DNA from: a virus
DNA length: 64,000 nt
Direction: 5' to 3' (one strand)
IMG/VR virus record: IMGVR_UViG_3300029651_000001
Coordinates: 22,512-86,511 of that record
Positions within the stretch are counted from its first letter, which is position 1. Each line of letters begins with the position of its first letter. Below the pieces are notes generated by a model. It was not told where the DNA came from. It was given only the letters and a program-made list of their open reading frames with translations, and made no database searches. A program made the position numbers and the translations under genes. Shown here piece after piece: positions 41,438 to 50,700 of the stretch.

Positions 41438-43362
41438 TGTCGGTGATCACCCTTCCAAGCCGCAAGATCCGACTACGGGATTTCAAGCCGGATTTTCCGG
41501 TTCGGGCAAAGCCCAAGCTGGATCTGCTGTTTTGGCCTGGATCCCCTGTCGATCTCGCTCGCCGGCAACCAGTTGTCCACGGGGCAAATGGCCAGTCAGC
41601 AGTAACTGATGAGGGTCGCGCTTGGCGAGTAGCCTCCGGATCGGACGCCCATGTGTACATCGATTCCGCGATATCCGGATCCGTCCCAGCGACCTATTTG
41701 GCTGTTATCAGGTTCAACACCCTCACGGGCACGACGTTCAGTGGGATCAGCGCTAACAACAGCGGAGCAGTGATTGTATCCCAGCGCGAGGTAGATGCTG
41801 ACAGGTCACTAACATTTTGCGTGTCCAATAATGCCACATCCGGCAGCGCCGTCATGGGGTTATGGTTCGGGTTGGACTCCGTTGGTAACGCGAGGGGCAG
41901 AAAAGGGGGGACGGCGATCACGACCGGGCGCTGGTATCACGTGGCTGGCACATTCGATCCAGCAGTTGGATTCCCTAACGGATGTCATGTTTATGTAGAT
42001 GGCAACCTGGATGATGCGGCAACATCCAACATCGGTACAGCCACGACATTCAGTGGCAGCCGCACGCGGCTAGGTGCCCACCATTTGTGGCCGAATACTG
42101 CGGATGATGACGCGGATATTGAAATCTCATATATAGCTAGACTACCGGTGGCACTGAGCGCTTCGGAAATTGCAAAATGGCATGTTGACCCATTCGGCTA
42201 TGTGGTTGAGCCTCTCCGCCGCCGCATCTTTGTCATGCTCGATGTAGGGGGTGGCGCCGCGGAGCTTACCAGTGCGGCGTCAAGTCAAGCTGAGAGCTCT
42301 GGCAGCATCACTGCAGCCATCCCTTTATTATCCGCAGCCGCTTCCGTAACCACAGCATCCGGTGATCTCACCGCCTCTATCCCTCTGTCCGCGGTAGCTG
42401 CAATGCTGTCAACTGGCAGCGGCGCACTTACCGCCCAGATTAAGCTGTCCGCGGCCTCAGTAGTTCAAGCTTTGGCTTCGGCTGGTTTGGATCTGTCTAC
42501 CCTGTTCAGCGGGAATGTCCAGGCTGAAGCTGTTGCCACCGGACAGTTGTCCACATCAATACTTCTGTCTGCCAATGCCTTGACTCAAATCTCCGCGTCC
42601 GGAGCTTTCGAGAGCTCCTCAGCTGCATTGGTCGGGAACGCAGAAACCCAGACGTCCGCGTCGGCCAATCTCTCTATCCAGATCAAACTTTCCGGTGCTG
42701 CGATTGCTGAGTCCCTGCTTTCGGGTGGTCTCGCCACCACCATCCCACTGGCTACTGAAGCCCTCAGTAGAGCAGTCTCGGCAGGACAAATCCAGACTAC
42801 CAGCCATCTAGCCGGAGGTGCTGCCAACGACGTTACCGTGTCCGGCGACCTGACTGCGCCTGGCGATACGTCGATGTATGGGCAAGCCTCTGGATTGACG
42901 CAAACAACAGGCCAACTGACGACCGCCATTTTGACAGGCTCCGCAGCTCTTGCCCTGTCCTCCAGTTCCGGATCCCTGACCACGTTGATTCCCTTAAGTG
43001 GGGCGTCCGTGGCCTTGGCTGCCGGCGGCGGCGATCTGACCGCGACGATAGCCTTGTCAGCATCGGTGCTAGCCCAAGCTCTCGCGACTGGCCAACTAGA
43101 CTCAGACGCTGCTGAACTTTTCAGCGGAGTAACCTCCGAGGTGCAAAGTTTAGGGGAGCTTACAACGTACATCCGATTGAACACCCAGGCCCTCGTGCAG
43201 GCTTATGTTGCGGGACAGATGACCACCGGTATCCCCTTCTCAACATTAGCCAAAGCGTCGTCCACCGCCACCGCGTTACTTGCTGGCACCGGCTTGGGTC
43301 GAGGGTATAATGCGAGTATCGAGAATGTGACACCGGCAAGGACGCTAGAGCGTGTACATTAG
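41437..43362 (+). CDS. LamG/concanavalin-like domain protein with a long Ala/Ser/Thr tandem-repeat tail
   Basis: Motif GRWYHVAGTFD...CHVYVDGNLDD. Then about 17 degenerate repeats of roughly 20 aa, of the form SGxLTTxIxLSAxAxxxA. Confidence 0.8.
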   Translation: MSVITLPSRKIRLRDFKPDFPVRAKPKLDLLFWPGSPVDLARRQPVVHGANGQSAVTDEGRAWRVASGSDAHVYIDSAISGSVPATYLAVIRFNTLTGTTFSGISANNSGAVIVSQREVDADRSLTFCVSNNATSGSAVMGLWFGLDSVGNARGRKGGTAITTGRWYHVAGTFDPAVGFPNGCHVYVDGNLDDAATSNIGTATTFSGSRTRLGAHHLWPNTADDDADIEISYIARLPVALSASEIAKWHVDPFGYVVEPLRRRIFVMLDVGGGAAELTSAASSQAESSGSITAAIPLLSAAASVTTASGDLTASIPLSAVAAMLSTGSGALTAQIKLSAASVVQALASAGLDLSTLFSGNVQAEAVATGQLSTSILLSANALTQISASGAFESSSAALVGNAETQTSASANLSIQIKLSGAAIAESLLSGGLATTIPLATEALSRAVSAGQIQTTSHLAGGAANDVTVSGDLTAPGDTSMYGQASGLTQTTGQLTTAILTGSAALALSSSSGSLTTLIPLSGASVALAAGGGDLTATIALSASVLAQALATGQLDSDAAELFSGVTSEVQSLGELTTYIRLNTQALVQAYVAGQMTTGIPFSTLAKASSTATALLAGTGLGRGYNASIENVTPARTLERVH

Positions 43363-43657
43363 TTTCGTCATCCCTTCTGGGTTCGGAAACACCTCCGAAA
43401 TCCGCCTGAAATTGGGCGCCAGCATTATTGATCACACGCAAATCACTCGCGCTCAGTTGGTCGTTGATCGCACAATTGTGCTCGACAGCGAGACTGCACC
43501 CGACTTGTTCGACCGGACTCAAACAGACCGACTCATCCTTCGTTTGGGTGCAGCCGGGCTAGCCTTAGGTCATCACACTGCCAAGTTGATTACCTACGAC
43601 GGTACAAACCCCTTGGGCGTGTTGTGGAACACACCCATTCGACTAATCGTTATCTAA
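43352..43657 (+). CDS. hypothetical protein
   Basis: 101-aa ORF. Confidence 0.55.
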   Translation: MYISFVIPSGFGNTSEIRLKLGASIIDHTQITRAQLVVDRTIVLDSETAPDLFDRTQTDRLILRLGAAGLALGHHTAKLITYDGTNPLGVLWNTPIRLIVI

Positions 43658-43667
43658 GGAGAGATGT

Positions 43668-43907
43668 ATGAGTGCTACAGGGACTACCAAAGCCGCGGAA
43701 GGATCCAAGACGTCCGCAGCGCCACCCATGGCAAACGATAAGCCGAAGAAGCCTGAACCCAAAACAATCCGGCTGGTCACCACGTGTGACTTGTTGGAGC
43801 CTATCGGGAAGACGTGGTTTCGTGCCGGACAACCAGTTGCGGTCGATAAAATCACCGGGTGGATGCAGTCCCAAATCAACGCCCACTTGATGGAAGTCGT
43901 TGAATGA
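43668..43907 (+). CDS. hypothetical protein
   Basis: 79 aa. SD is TAAGGAGAG. Confidence 0.6.
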   Translation: MSATGTTKAAEGSKTSAAPPMANDKPKKPEPKTIRLVTTCDLLEPIGKTWFRAGQPVAVDKITGWMQSQINAHLMEVVE

Positions 43908-44365
43908 TCGAAGTCCTTTACACGGACACCGACCGGATCCGAGAGGCCTTACAGATCACGGTAGAAGACCTGGCTGACGAGCGATTCAGCAAAGGCACCC
44001 TGGAGCTGGATTTGATGCTGGATCTTGATGACTGGATCCCGACCCACGCTACGATTTACGCAGCGGGGTTGGGGGCCCCTACGCAAGTTCAGCTTAAGCA
44101 ACACCATCTGCTGGTCGCCTACAGTACCTATTTCTGTGCTGATCAGACACTCCACACCGGCCCTCTGTCGATGCCGCAGAACATCAGCGACGGCAAGAAC
44201 ACTATTGAGCGGCTTGACGACCGGCAGAGGCTTGTGGAGTTCATTGCCGGGCGCATGGCCAAGTACAAGAATCTGCTGACTGAGGCAGTGACTGGCTCTG
44301 CTGTGGCCCGTGGCGGCCACCTTATCGGTGTAGGGTCCGCTTACGATCCGGTAACGGGGGCTTAA
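43904..44365 (+). CDS. head-tail connector candidate
   Basis: 153 aa. Called from its position between the head and tail modules. Confidence 0.6.
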   Translation: MIEVLYTDTDRIREALQITVEDLADERFSKGTLELDLMLDLDDWIPTHATIYAAGLGAPTQVQLKQHHLLVAYSTYFCADQTLHTGPLSMPQNISDGKNTIERLDDRQRLVEFIAGRMAKYKNLLTEAVTGSAVARGGHLIGVGSAYDPVTGA

Positions 44366-44943
44366 TGAACCTTAAAGGTGCCGCCAGTTATTTCGCCAGA
44401 ACCCAGATCGACGGTTGGAACGGGTCGGATTGGGATTTAGACATAGCTCGCGGTGCTTATCTTCCGTTTGATCGATTCATTTCGGAGCGAGAATTTGGGA
44501 ACAAGCGTCGGCACTTACTGTGCAACCCTGACTCGTCCATTCCCGAGGATTACAAAGTCGTCCGGTTGAACGACGAAATCTTCCTGCTCGGTGTCCGTAA
44601 CGACGACAGGCAGGGCAGCGTTTACAGTCATGTTTTCTTGCTCCACCGCGCCCCATTTCAAGCAGACTTGATGGAGTACACGAAAACCACAGCGGCTTCC
44701 GGGGTCGCAGGGTCGGCTGTGAAGACGTCGGTTGGGGTTTACCATTGCGATGCCGAACGCATGAGCTACATGAATTCACGAGAGTTCGACGCTATGCGGT
44801 TCTCCGAGATGCAAATCCTGCTGCCGTCGAACTGCCCGGCCACCATCGAGCACGAGCTGAAAATCGGCGATTACTTTTATGAGGTAGAGGAAGTGTTCCC
44901 TTCCTCTGGGTTTGTCGCCTGCCGAGCGGTGAGAAAGAAATGA
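44365..44943 (+). CDS. head-tail connector/tail completion candidate
   Basis: 192 aa with an ATGA junction. Confidence 0.6.
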   Translation: MNLKGAASYFARTQIDGWNGSDWDLDIARGAYLPFDRFISEREFGNKRRHLLCNPDSSIPEDYKVVRLNDEIFLLGVRNDDRQGSVYSHVFLLHRAPFQADLMEYTKTTAASGVAGSAVKTSVGVYHCDAERMSYMNSREFDAMRFSEMQILLPSNCPATIEHELKIGDYFYEVEEVFPSSGFVACRAVRKK

Positions 44944-45389
44944 GCTACGAAATCTTCCCCCTCGCCGTCAAATCCACCATCGACAAGCTCGCCATAGGCT
45001 TGGCGGACAGCGAGTCCCTAGCATACATCGATATTGACGGAGTGCTCTTAGAGGCTGCGCTCGTGGAGTCAGACCAACCGGCCCTAGGTTGGAGTCTGTC
45101 CACAATGGCCGACTCCCCCATGGACCCGATGTATTACCTGGAATTCGAGATCGGGGGTATCACAGCGATCGACCCGGCACAGTACAAGGCCTTAGATATC
45201 GTCGGTTTGACGCGCAGCGTGTTTAAGCCAGGCACGGACATCCCCGTCTTCGACTACAGCGGGGAGGTCGCAGGCGTCGAGCAACTGGGTATCATCCACG
45301 TTACTTGGTCTGGAGTAGCACCAAAACAATTCGATCGAGCCGCCGGCCTTCGCATGGCAACCGTTCAGGCTCGTGCCTTGAGGTTTTAA
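44940..45389 (+). CDS. tail completion candidate
   Basis: 149 aa with an ATGA junction. Confidence 0.6.
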   Translation: MSYEIFPLAVKSTIDKLAIGLADSESLAYIDIDGVLLEAALVESDQPALGWSLSTMADSPMDPMYYLEFEIGGITAIDPAQYKALDIVGLTRSVFKPGTDIPVFDYSGEVAGVEQLGIIHVTWSGVAPKQFDRAAGLRMATVQARALRF

Positions 45390-45390
45390 G

Positions 45391-46239
45391 TTGGCCAGGG
45401 CCAGCGTACGGACATGGGTCAGGAACAGGTCGGATATCCGGATTGCTGTTCGCGCATTGACAAGGGAAAAGGCCGAATATCTTGCCCTTGCCAAGGAAAT
45501 CCAGATCAGCAAATTCATGGCCGGGTATTTTTCCAACACCTTGTTGGCTGTCAGAGACATACTCGACAACCCTGGTATTCCAGTGACTTCCGGGCAGGGG
45601 AAAGGACTGAGGTTCGCCGCTCGCCGGCCGACTCAGGTCAGAATACCAAAGGCAGGTAAGCTGCTGAGTGTCGGAGGACAACAAACCAAGGCATCCCAGC
45701 AATTTGCTGTTGAACAAACAGCTGTGGTCACCGTGGCGTCCGGACTGTACGAACGTTTCCGCTGGAAGCCGCTTACGAAACGGTGGATCATGACCGGCGC
45801 CAGGCAAGGCTTGCGCTCTCGTGTCTACTGGAAGAAGACAGGTAAACTCGCGTCCGTTTACCGGGGAAACTTGCCTCACGCCCTGTCTGTGGCCCGCAAC
45901 AGCGTGAATTACGGCCGAAGTGCAACCAAGCTCGGAGATGCCGCGATTACCCAGGAAATTCGAGTTGGTAGACTAGGCTCCAAGGCAACCGCGAAGAATG
46001 CTGTTGTGGTTCGCTTAAACCTTAAGAGACCTAAGCTGAGCCAGGTGTTCGACGACATCCTGGCCTCTCCGTTTTTCTCCGAGGAGCTGGACATGGCGAG
46101 ACCACCGAACGTCCCGTTCGGACTGTATAGCGTGGTTGACATAAATAGGCTACGCTATCCCGAGTATCATAGACCCTGGATACGTAGATTTGCTATGATG
46201 ATGGGGCGCAGGATGCGCTCCGATCTGAAAAAGTTATAG
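45391..46239 (+). CDS. basic hypothetical virion protein (TTG start)
   Basis: 282-aa ORF immediately after the upstream stop. Confidence 0.55.
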   Translation: MARASVRTWVRNRSDIRIAVRALTREKAEYLALAKEIQISKFMAGYFSNTLLAVRDILDNPGIPVTSGQGKGLRFAARRPTQVRIPKAGKLLSVGGQQTKASQQFAVEQTAVVTVASGLYERFRWKPLTKRWIMTGARQGLRSRVYWKKTGKLASVYRGNLPHALSVARNSVNYGRSATKLGDAAITQEIRVGRLGSKATAKNAVVVRLNLKRPKLSQVFDDILASPFFSEELDMARPPNVPFGLYSVVDINRLRYPEYHRPWIRRFAMMMGRRMRSDLKKL

Positions 46240-46278
46240 CTTTTTCACTCACCTAACTTCGTCAAGGAGGACGATGTA

Positions 46279-47103
46279 ATGGCACTAGGATCCCCTAAAA
46301 CCCGTCAGTTCCGAATCGGCACCTTTGAGGTCCGAATCGGCCCCATGTCCAGCGCCGGACGACTGAGCGCCGCGCACTCGATCGGTATCCTCGATCAGGT
46401 CACTTTGAACATTGAACAGACGTCGGTGGACCTCTTGGGAGGTTTCCCACAGAAGATCATTGATACCGCGCTGACGTCGCAGGCATCCAGCATCTCTGCG
46501 ACGTTGCGAGAGTACAGCCGACGCAATTTGAACGTCATGCTCGGTAACGCGGTAGCTGATTATGATTCTACTGATACCAAATCCACTGTCGACACCACCG
46601 CCCCGATTGCTGCTGATGCAACAAGTATCACACTGACGGACGCCACCGGGTTTGCTGAGGACGACATTATCGTCATATTCGAAGTCGGCAAACCGGAGTC
46701 GGTCACGGTCTCCAAGATCGACAGCATTGCTGCCAACGTACTTACCCTGGTTACCGGGCTGGGCACCGTCGCCGCATTCGCCGCAGGCGCCAACGTGGTT
46801 TGCTACAAATCCCCGGCCGTGGCCATCGGCGGTTTGTCCGACGTCAACTACTTTGCAGTCCAGCTGCTGCAGGTGGAGCGAGGTACCAGCCGTCCGATGG
46901 GTTTCAACTTCTGGAAGGCCGCGATCGGCGGGAATGTTTCCGTCGGCGCATCCCCAACGGAGTTCTCGTCCACCGAAATGACTTTGAAACTGCTCGAGCC
47001 GGCCGCCAGCGAATACGCCACCGGCGGCGATCTGGAGCACCTGGCAGGAGTTATCCCGAGCTACCCCACTGGCATGCTGTTCATGTCGTCCGACGCGGCT
47101 TAA
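46279..47103 (+). CDS. major tail protein
   Basis: 274 aa. SD is CAAGGAGG. Lies upstream of the chaperone and tape measure genes and is followed by a terminator. Confidence 0.7.
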   Translation: MALGSPKTRQFRIGTFEVRIGPMSSAGRLSAAHSIGILDQVTLNIEQTSVDLLGGFPQKIIDTALTSQASSISATLREYSRRNLNVMLGNAVADYDSTDTKSTVDTTAPIAADATSITLTDATGFAEDDIIVIFEVGKPESVTVSKIDSIAANVLTLVTGLGTVAAFAAGANVVCYKSPAVAIGGLSDVNYFAVQLLQVERGTSRPMGFNFWKAAIGGNVSVGASPTEFSSTEMTLKLLEPAASEYATGGDLEHLAGVIPSYPTGMLFMSSDAA

Positions 47104-47148
47104 CTGCGAGGCCGCTTTTGGCGGCCGGTCCGGACTTACCAGGGACCT

Positions 47149-47177
47149 CTGGCCGCCTTCGGGCGGCCAGCTTTTAT
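47149..47177 (+). terminator. rho-independent terminator after the major tail gene
   Basis: CTGGCCGCC-TTCG-GGCGGCCAG followed by CTTTTAT. Confidence 0.75.
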
Positions 47178-47188
47178 CGAGGCATTGA

Positions 47189-47749
47189 ATGGGTTCCATA
47201 TTCAACAAGGCACACCGTCCTTTTGCCATACCATTACTTGCCTTCGAACGATTTTCAGAGCTTCGTCAGCAGCTTACAAATGAAGCCAAAGTCCTTGAAT
47301 CCGTAGTAATACCAACCCTTGTCGAGTGCTGCAGCATAGTCGATCCGACCGAGCAAGACATCGAATACTTCCTCGAACGTCTGGAGCGTGTAGGAAAGGA
47401 GGCCAACTCCTTGTCAGATGCTCCAAAACCGTCTTCCGCTAGGACACTCGGGTCAGCGTACGCCGGCGCCCTACGGAAACTGGATACTGCTGGACTGATT
47501 CTCTATATGTGCGCCTATGACTTCAATAAGGCGAACTACGTATATACCAAATTAGATCGGGACATCGCCCTTGAAATGGTCGACTCGTTCCTCGAACTGA
47601 AAGCCCAGGAGAACAACCTGCTGTTCGAATCATGCCTGTACGGTTTTGGTGGCAAGTACACCACTGATGGCGAAGCCGAAGTGGTGGACCTGGATCTCAG
47701 CAACGACAACGATATCGCCCAACTCGCACAGATCTTCGCCAGGCATTAA
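47189..47749 (+). CDS. tail assembly chaperone candidate
   Basis: 186 aa, acidic, directly upstream of the tape measure gene. Confidence 0.55.
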   Translation: MGSIFNKAHRPFAIPLLAFERFSELRQQLTNEAKVLESVVIPTLVECCSIVDPTEQDIEYFLERLERVGKEANSLSDAPKPSSARTLGSAYAGALRKLDTAGLILYMCAYDFNKANYVYTKLDRDIALEMVDSFLELKAQENNLLFESCLYGFGGKYTTDGEAEVVDLDLSNDNDIAQLAQIFARH

Positions 47750-47760
47750 AGGAGCCAAGG

Positions 47761-50700
47761 ATGGCTGACAAAATTCAGTTAGACGCGATCGTCGACTACG
47801 TCATCAAAGCCGGTGAGGTCGTAAACCCGGCTGAGTCCCAGAAAGAATTTGACAAACTGGCTGCCGCTCTTGCCAAGCAGCTCAAGATCCAGCCGATCGG
47901 CCTGGACATCGACGTCGACCCAAATCTAAAGTTTTCCCCTCAGCAGCTGGCCGGGTTTCGCAGACAGGTACAGAACCTGAACAACTCCCTGGCCAGGGCA
48001 TTTTTCAGCGGCGATGCCAATGACCTGGAGTTAGCCGACAGGTTAAGGAAACAGTTTGGGAACCTGACCAATCAACAGGCGCATAACGTCAAGAAGTTCC
48101 TCGACAGCGTCCTGTCTGCGTATAACACGCCCGCCACCCGTGAATTTTCCAAGAAGCAAAGGGAAGTATTGTCCAAAGTGCTCGGAGGCACATCCGTCCT
48201 GGACCTTACCGAGTACGAGCGCAGGCTGGCCAAGGAAGCGTCAGCGATCCAAAAGGCCCAGGGACGAGTTCTCCGGAAGGTTTTGCAGGCGTTCAAGTCT
48301 GTAGTTCCGCAGCAAGGGGCCGCTGAGGCTCCGTCCGAGCTTTCCAGGATTCAGACCCTCTTGCTTCCTCAGTTGGAGACATCCATCCAGGAGTCGGATA
48401 AGGCTGTCCGCAGACTGGACAAACTGCTGGATGCTGATCGCGCCTCCGAAGCCAAAAGGTTACAGGACTTGCGGACCCGTCGAGGGACCAATCAGTTGGA
48501 GGTCTCCGCTGCAAAACAGGCGGAGAGAGAAGATAAACAGTTTGCCGACCGGCTGGCTGCTGAGCGCAGAAGGGACGCAGCTCTCCGGGTTAAGGACGTC
48601 CAGCGCGAGCGAGCGTTGTCGTTCCTGACCGGCGCCGCCGGCCGTGAATTGGAAACAGTTGGGGGAGACGTTGCACGGGCCGGCAAAGATTTCGACTTCA
48701 GACTCGTCAGAAGAGCACTCAATTCAAGGATCCAGCAGCAACTGCGTGCGGCTGAGGAAGCAATCACCGAAGCCGCGGCACAGGACGCCTTTACTAATGT
48801 TCGATCTTTAGAGGACCTCAAGCAAAAGCTGGACGAACGCCGCCGCGAAGTCCAAGGCACCACGCTAGGACGCTCGCTCACCAAGAAGAGGCAACTTGCT
48901 GAGGAGTCCTCGCAGTTCGCCGATAGGTTACTCGGACAGGGAAGGTTAGAGACCCTTGATGACCCTACCAGAAAGGCTATCAAGGACGCTCTGAGCCGGG
49001 CCGTCGCCTCGTCCCGTGCGTACCGGGAGGCTGCGGCCGGCAGCAAGGATTCCATCGAGGCGGAGAAACTTTATCTGTCCTTGTTGGAAAAGGAGATCAA
49101 GTTTAAGCGGGAGCTGAAAGCGATCGAGTCTGCCAGACAGCAGGCAGCGCCTCGCGCAGACCGAACCCGGATTGACCAGAAGCTTGCTGACCTCCGAGCA
49201 TTAGGCGCCCAGCGCGGACGAGGTGGACGAGCCATCGAATCTGTCGGCGGCGTGTCCAACGTGTTGGACCTCCCCAAGGATACTTACGAAGACGCCCTGG
49301 TTTTTCTGAAGAGCGAACAGCAGCGTATCCAGAGGCGAATCAAAGACAGCGATGCCGGCACTGGCCCCCGCCTCACCCCTTCCGAGATCAGTGATCTGAA
49401 CCGGCAGTTCGCGGAGCAAGCGGTCGCCATCAAAAAGGTCAACGCCGAGCTCCGGGGCAACGTCGGCATCTGGCATCAGGCCTCCCTGGCTGTCCGAGCA
49501 TTCTTCCGCTACGCGATCCTGTATGGATCAGGCTTCGCCTTGTTGGAGGGCATCCGCCGGCTCACCGGGGAGGTGTTCAACCTAGAGGAGTCCCTGAAAG
49601 GTATTCAGGCTGTAGCCCAAGCCACAGCTGAGGACATGCGGAGTATCGAGTCCGCTATCAAGCAGACGGCGACTACCACTCAGTTCTCCGTACAGGAAAT
49701 CGCGGAGGCGACGCAGACTTTAGCACAAGCCGGTGTTGAGGCGGCCGACATCCCGAAAGCTATCGAAAACGTAGCGTTATTCGCGGGAGCCACCAAGAGC
49801 TCCTTGCAGACAGCCGCGGACGTCATAGCCTCTTTACGGATGGTGTTTTCCGACCTATCGGACCGCACATTAGCGGACCAGCTGACCAACGCTGTCAACA
49901 TCTCCAGGCTGACCGCAGAAGATCTGAAGGTCCTCATCAGCTTACAGGCGCAGACCGCCAAGTCGTTTGGACTGAGTTCGAAGCAAATTCTTGGGCTCGA
50001 TGCGACTTTGTCTAACATTGGTATCAAGCCGTCGACAATCGCGACTGGATCCCGAGAAGCCCTGATTGAGATCTTGTCTCCGGACGAGAAGACGATCAAA
50101 GCTCTGATCCCGCTCTATCAGAAGACGTTCAATCGGATTCTGACCGGGCGGGAGATTCGCCAGAGGTTCCTGGACTTCCAGAAGGAAGAGAACCCTTTAC
50201 TGGCGGCGTTACAGGAGTACCGGAGGTTGGGTATTGGCGGAGGGGGCCCCAACACTGACGCTTTCCGAGGCGTCCTGGAGCGGCGAGCGGAGAACGTGTT
50301 TCTTCCCTTGCTGGACTCTCTCGACATCCTCGAGCGAAACATCACCCAGGTGTCCAGGGCGGGTGCCGCGGCCGAGGGGTCCGAGACCCAGATGGAAGCC
50401 GCCAACAACCAGATCCGTCGGTTCGGTCAGACGATCCTGACTCTGACTCACACCATCGTCAGCGATGGTCTGCCCGTCGTCAGCCGGTTTTTCAAATCTT
50501 TGGCGGACGGGGCGAAATCGCTGCAGGACAGGATTGTCGACCGCAAGGCAACTCTGGGGGAAGACACGTCCAGAGCTGCACTGTCCGGTCTGGGCGCAGG
50601 CCTTCTGACATATCTGCTTTCCCCGGGCACACGTCTGGCTCGGGGAGCGTTGGGAGTGGTTGGAGGTATCGCAGGGACGTTGGGATCCTTGACTGCGTCT

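Noticed and set aside
47189-47760. Programmed -1 frameshift (G/GT) in the tail chaperone
   Set aside because: A single 186-aa ORF fills the interval. I could not find a convincing XXXYYYZ slippery heptamer or an overlapping second frame by eye. The question is left open and no frameshift is claimed.
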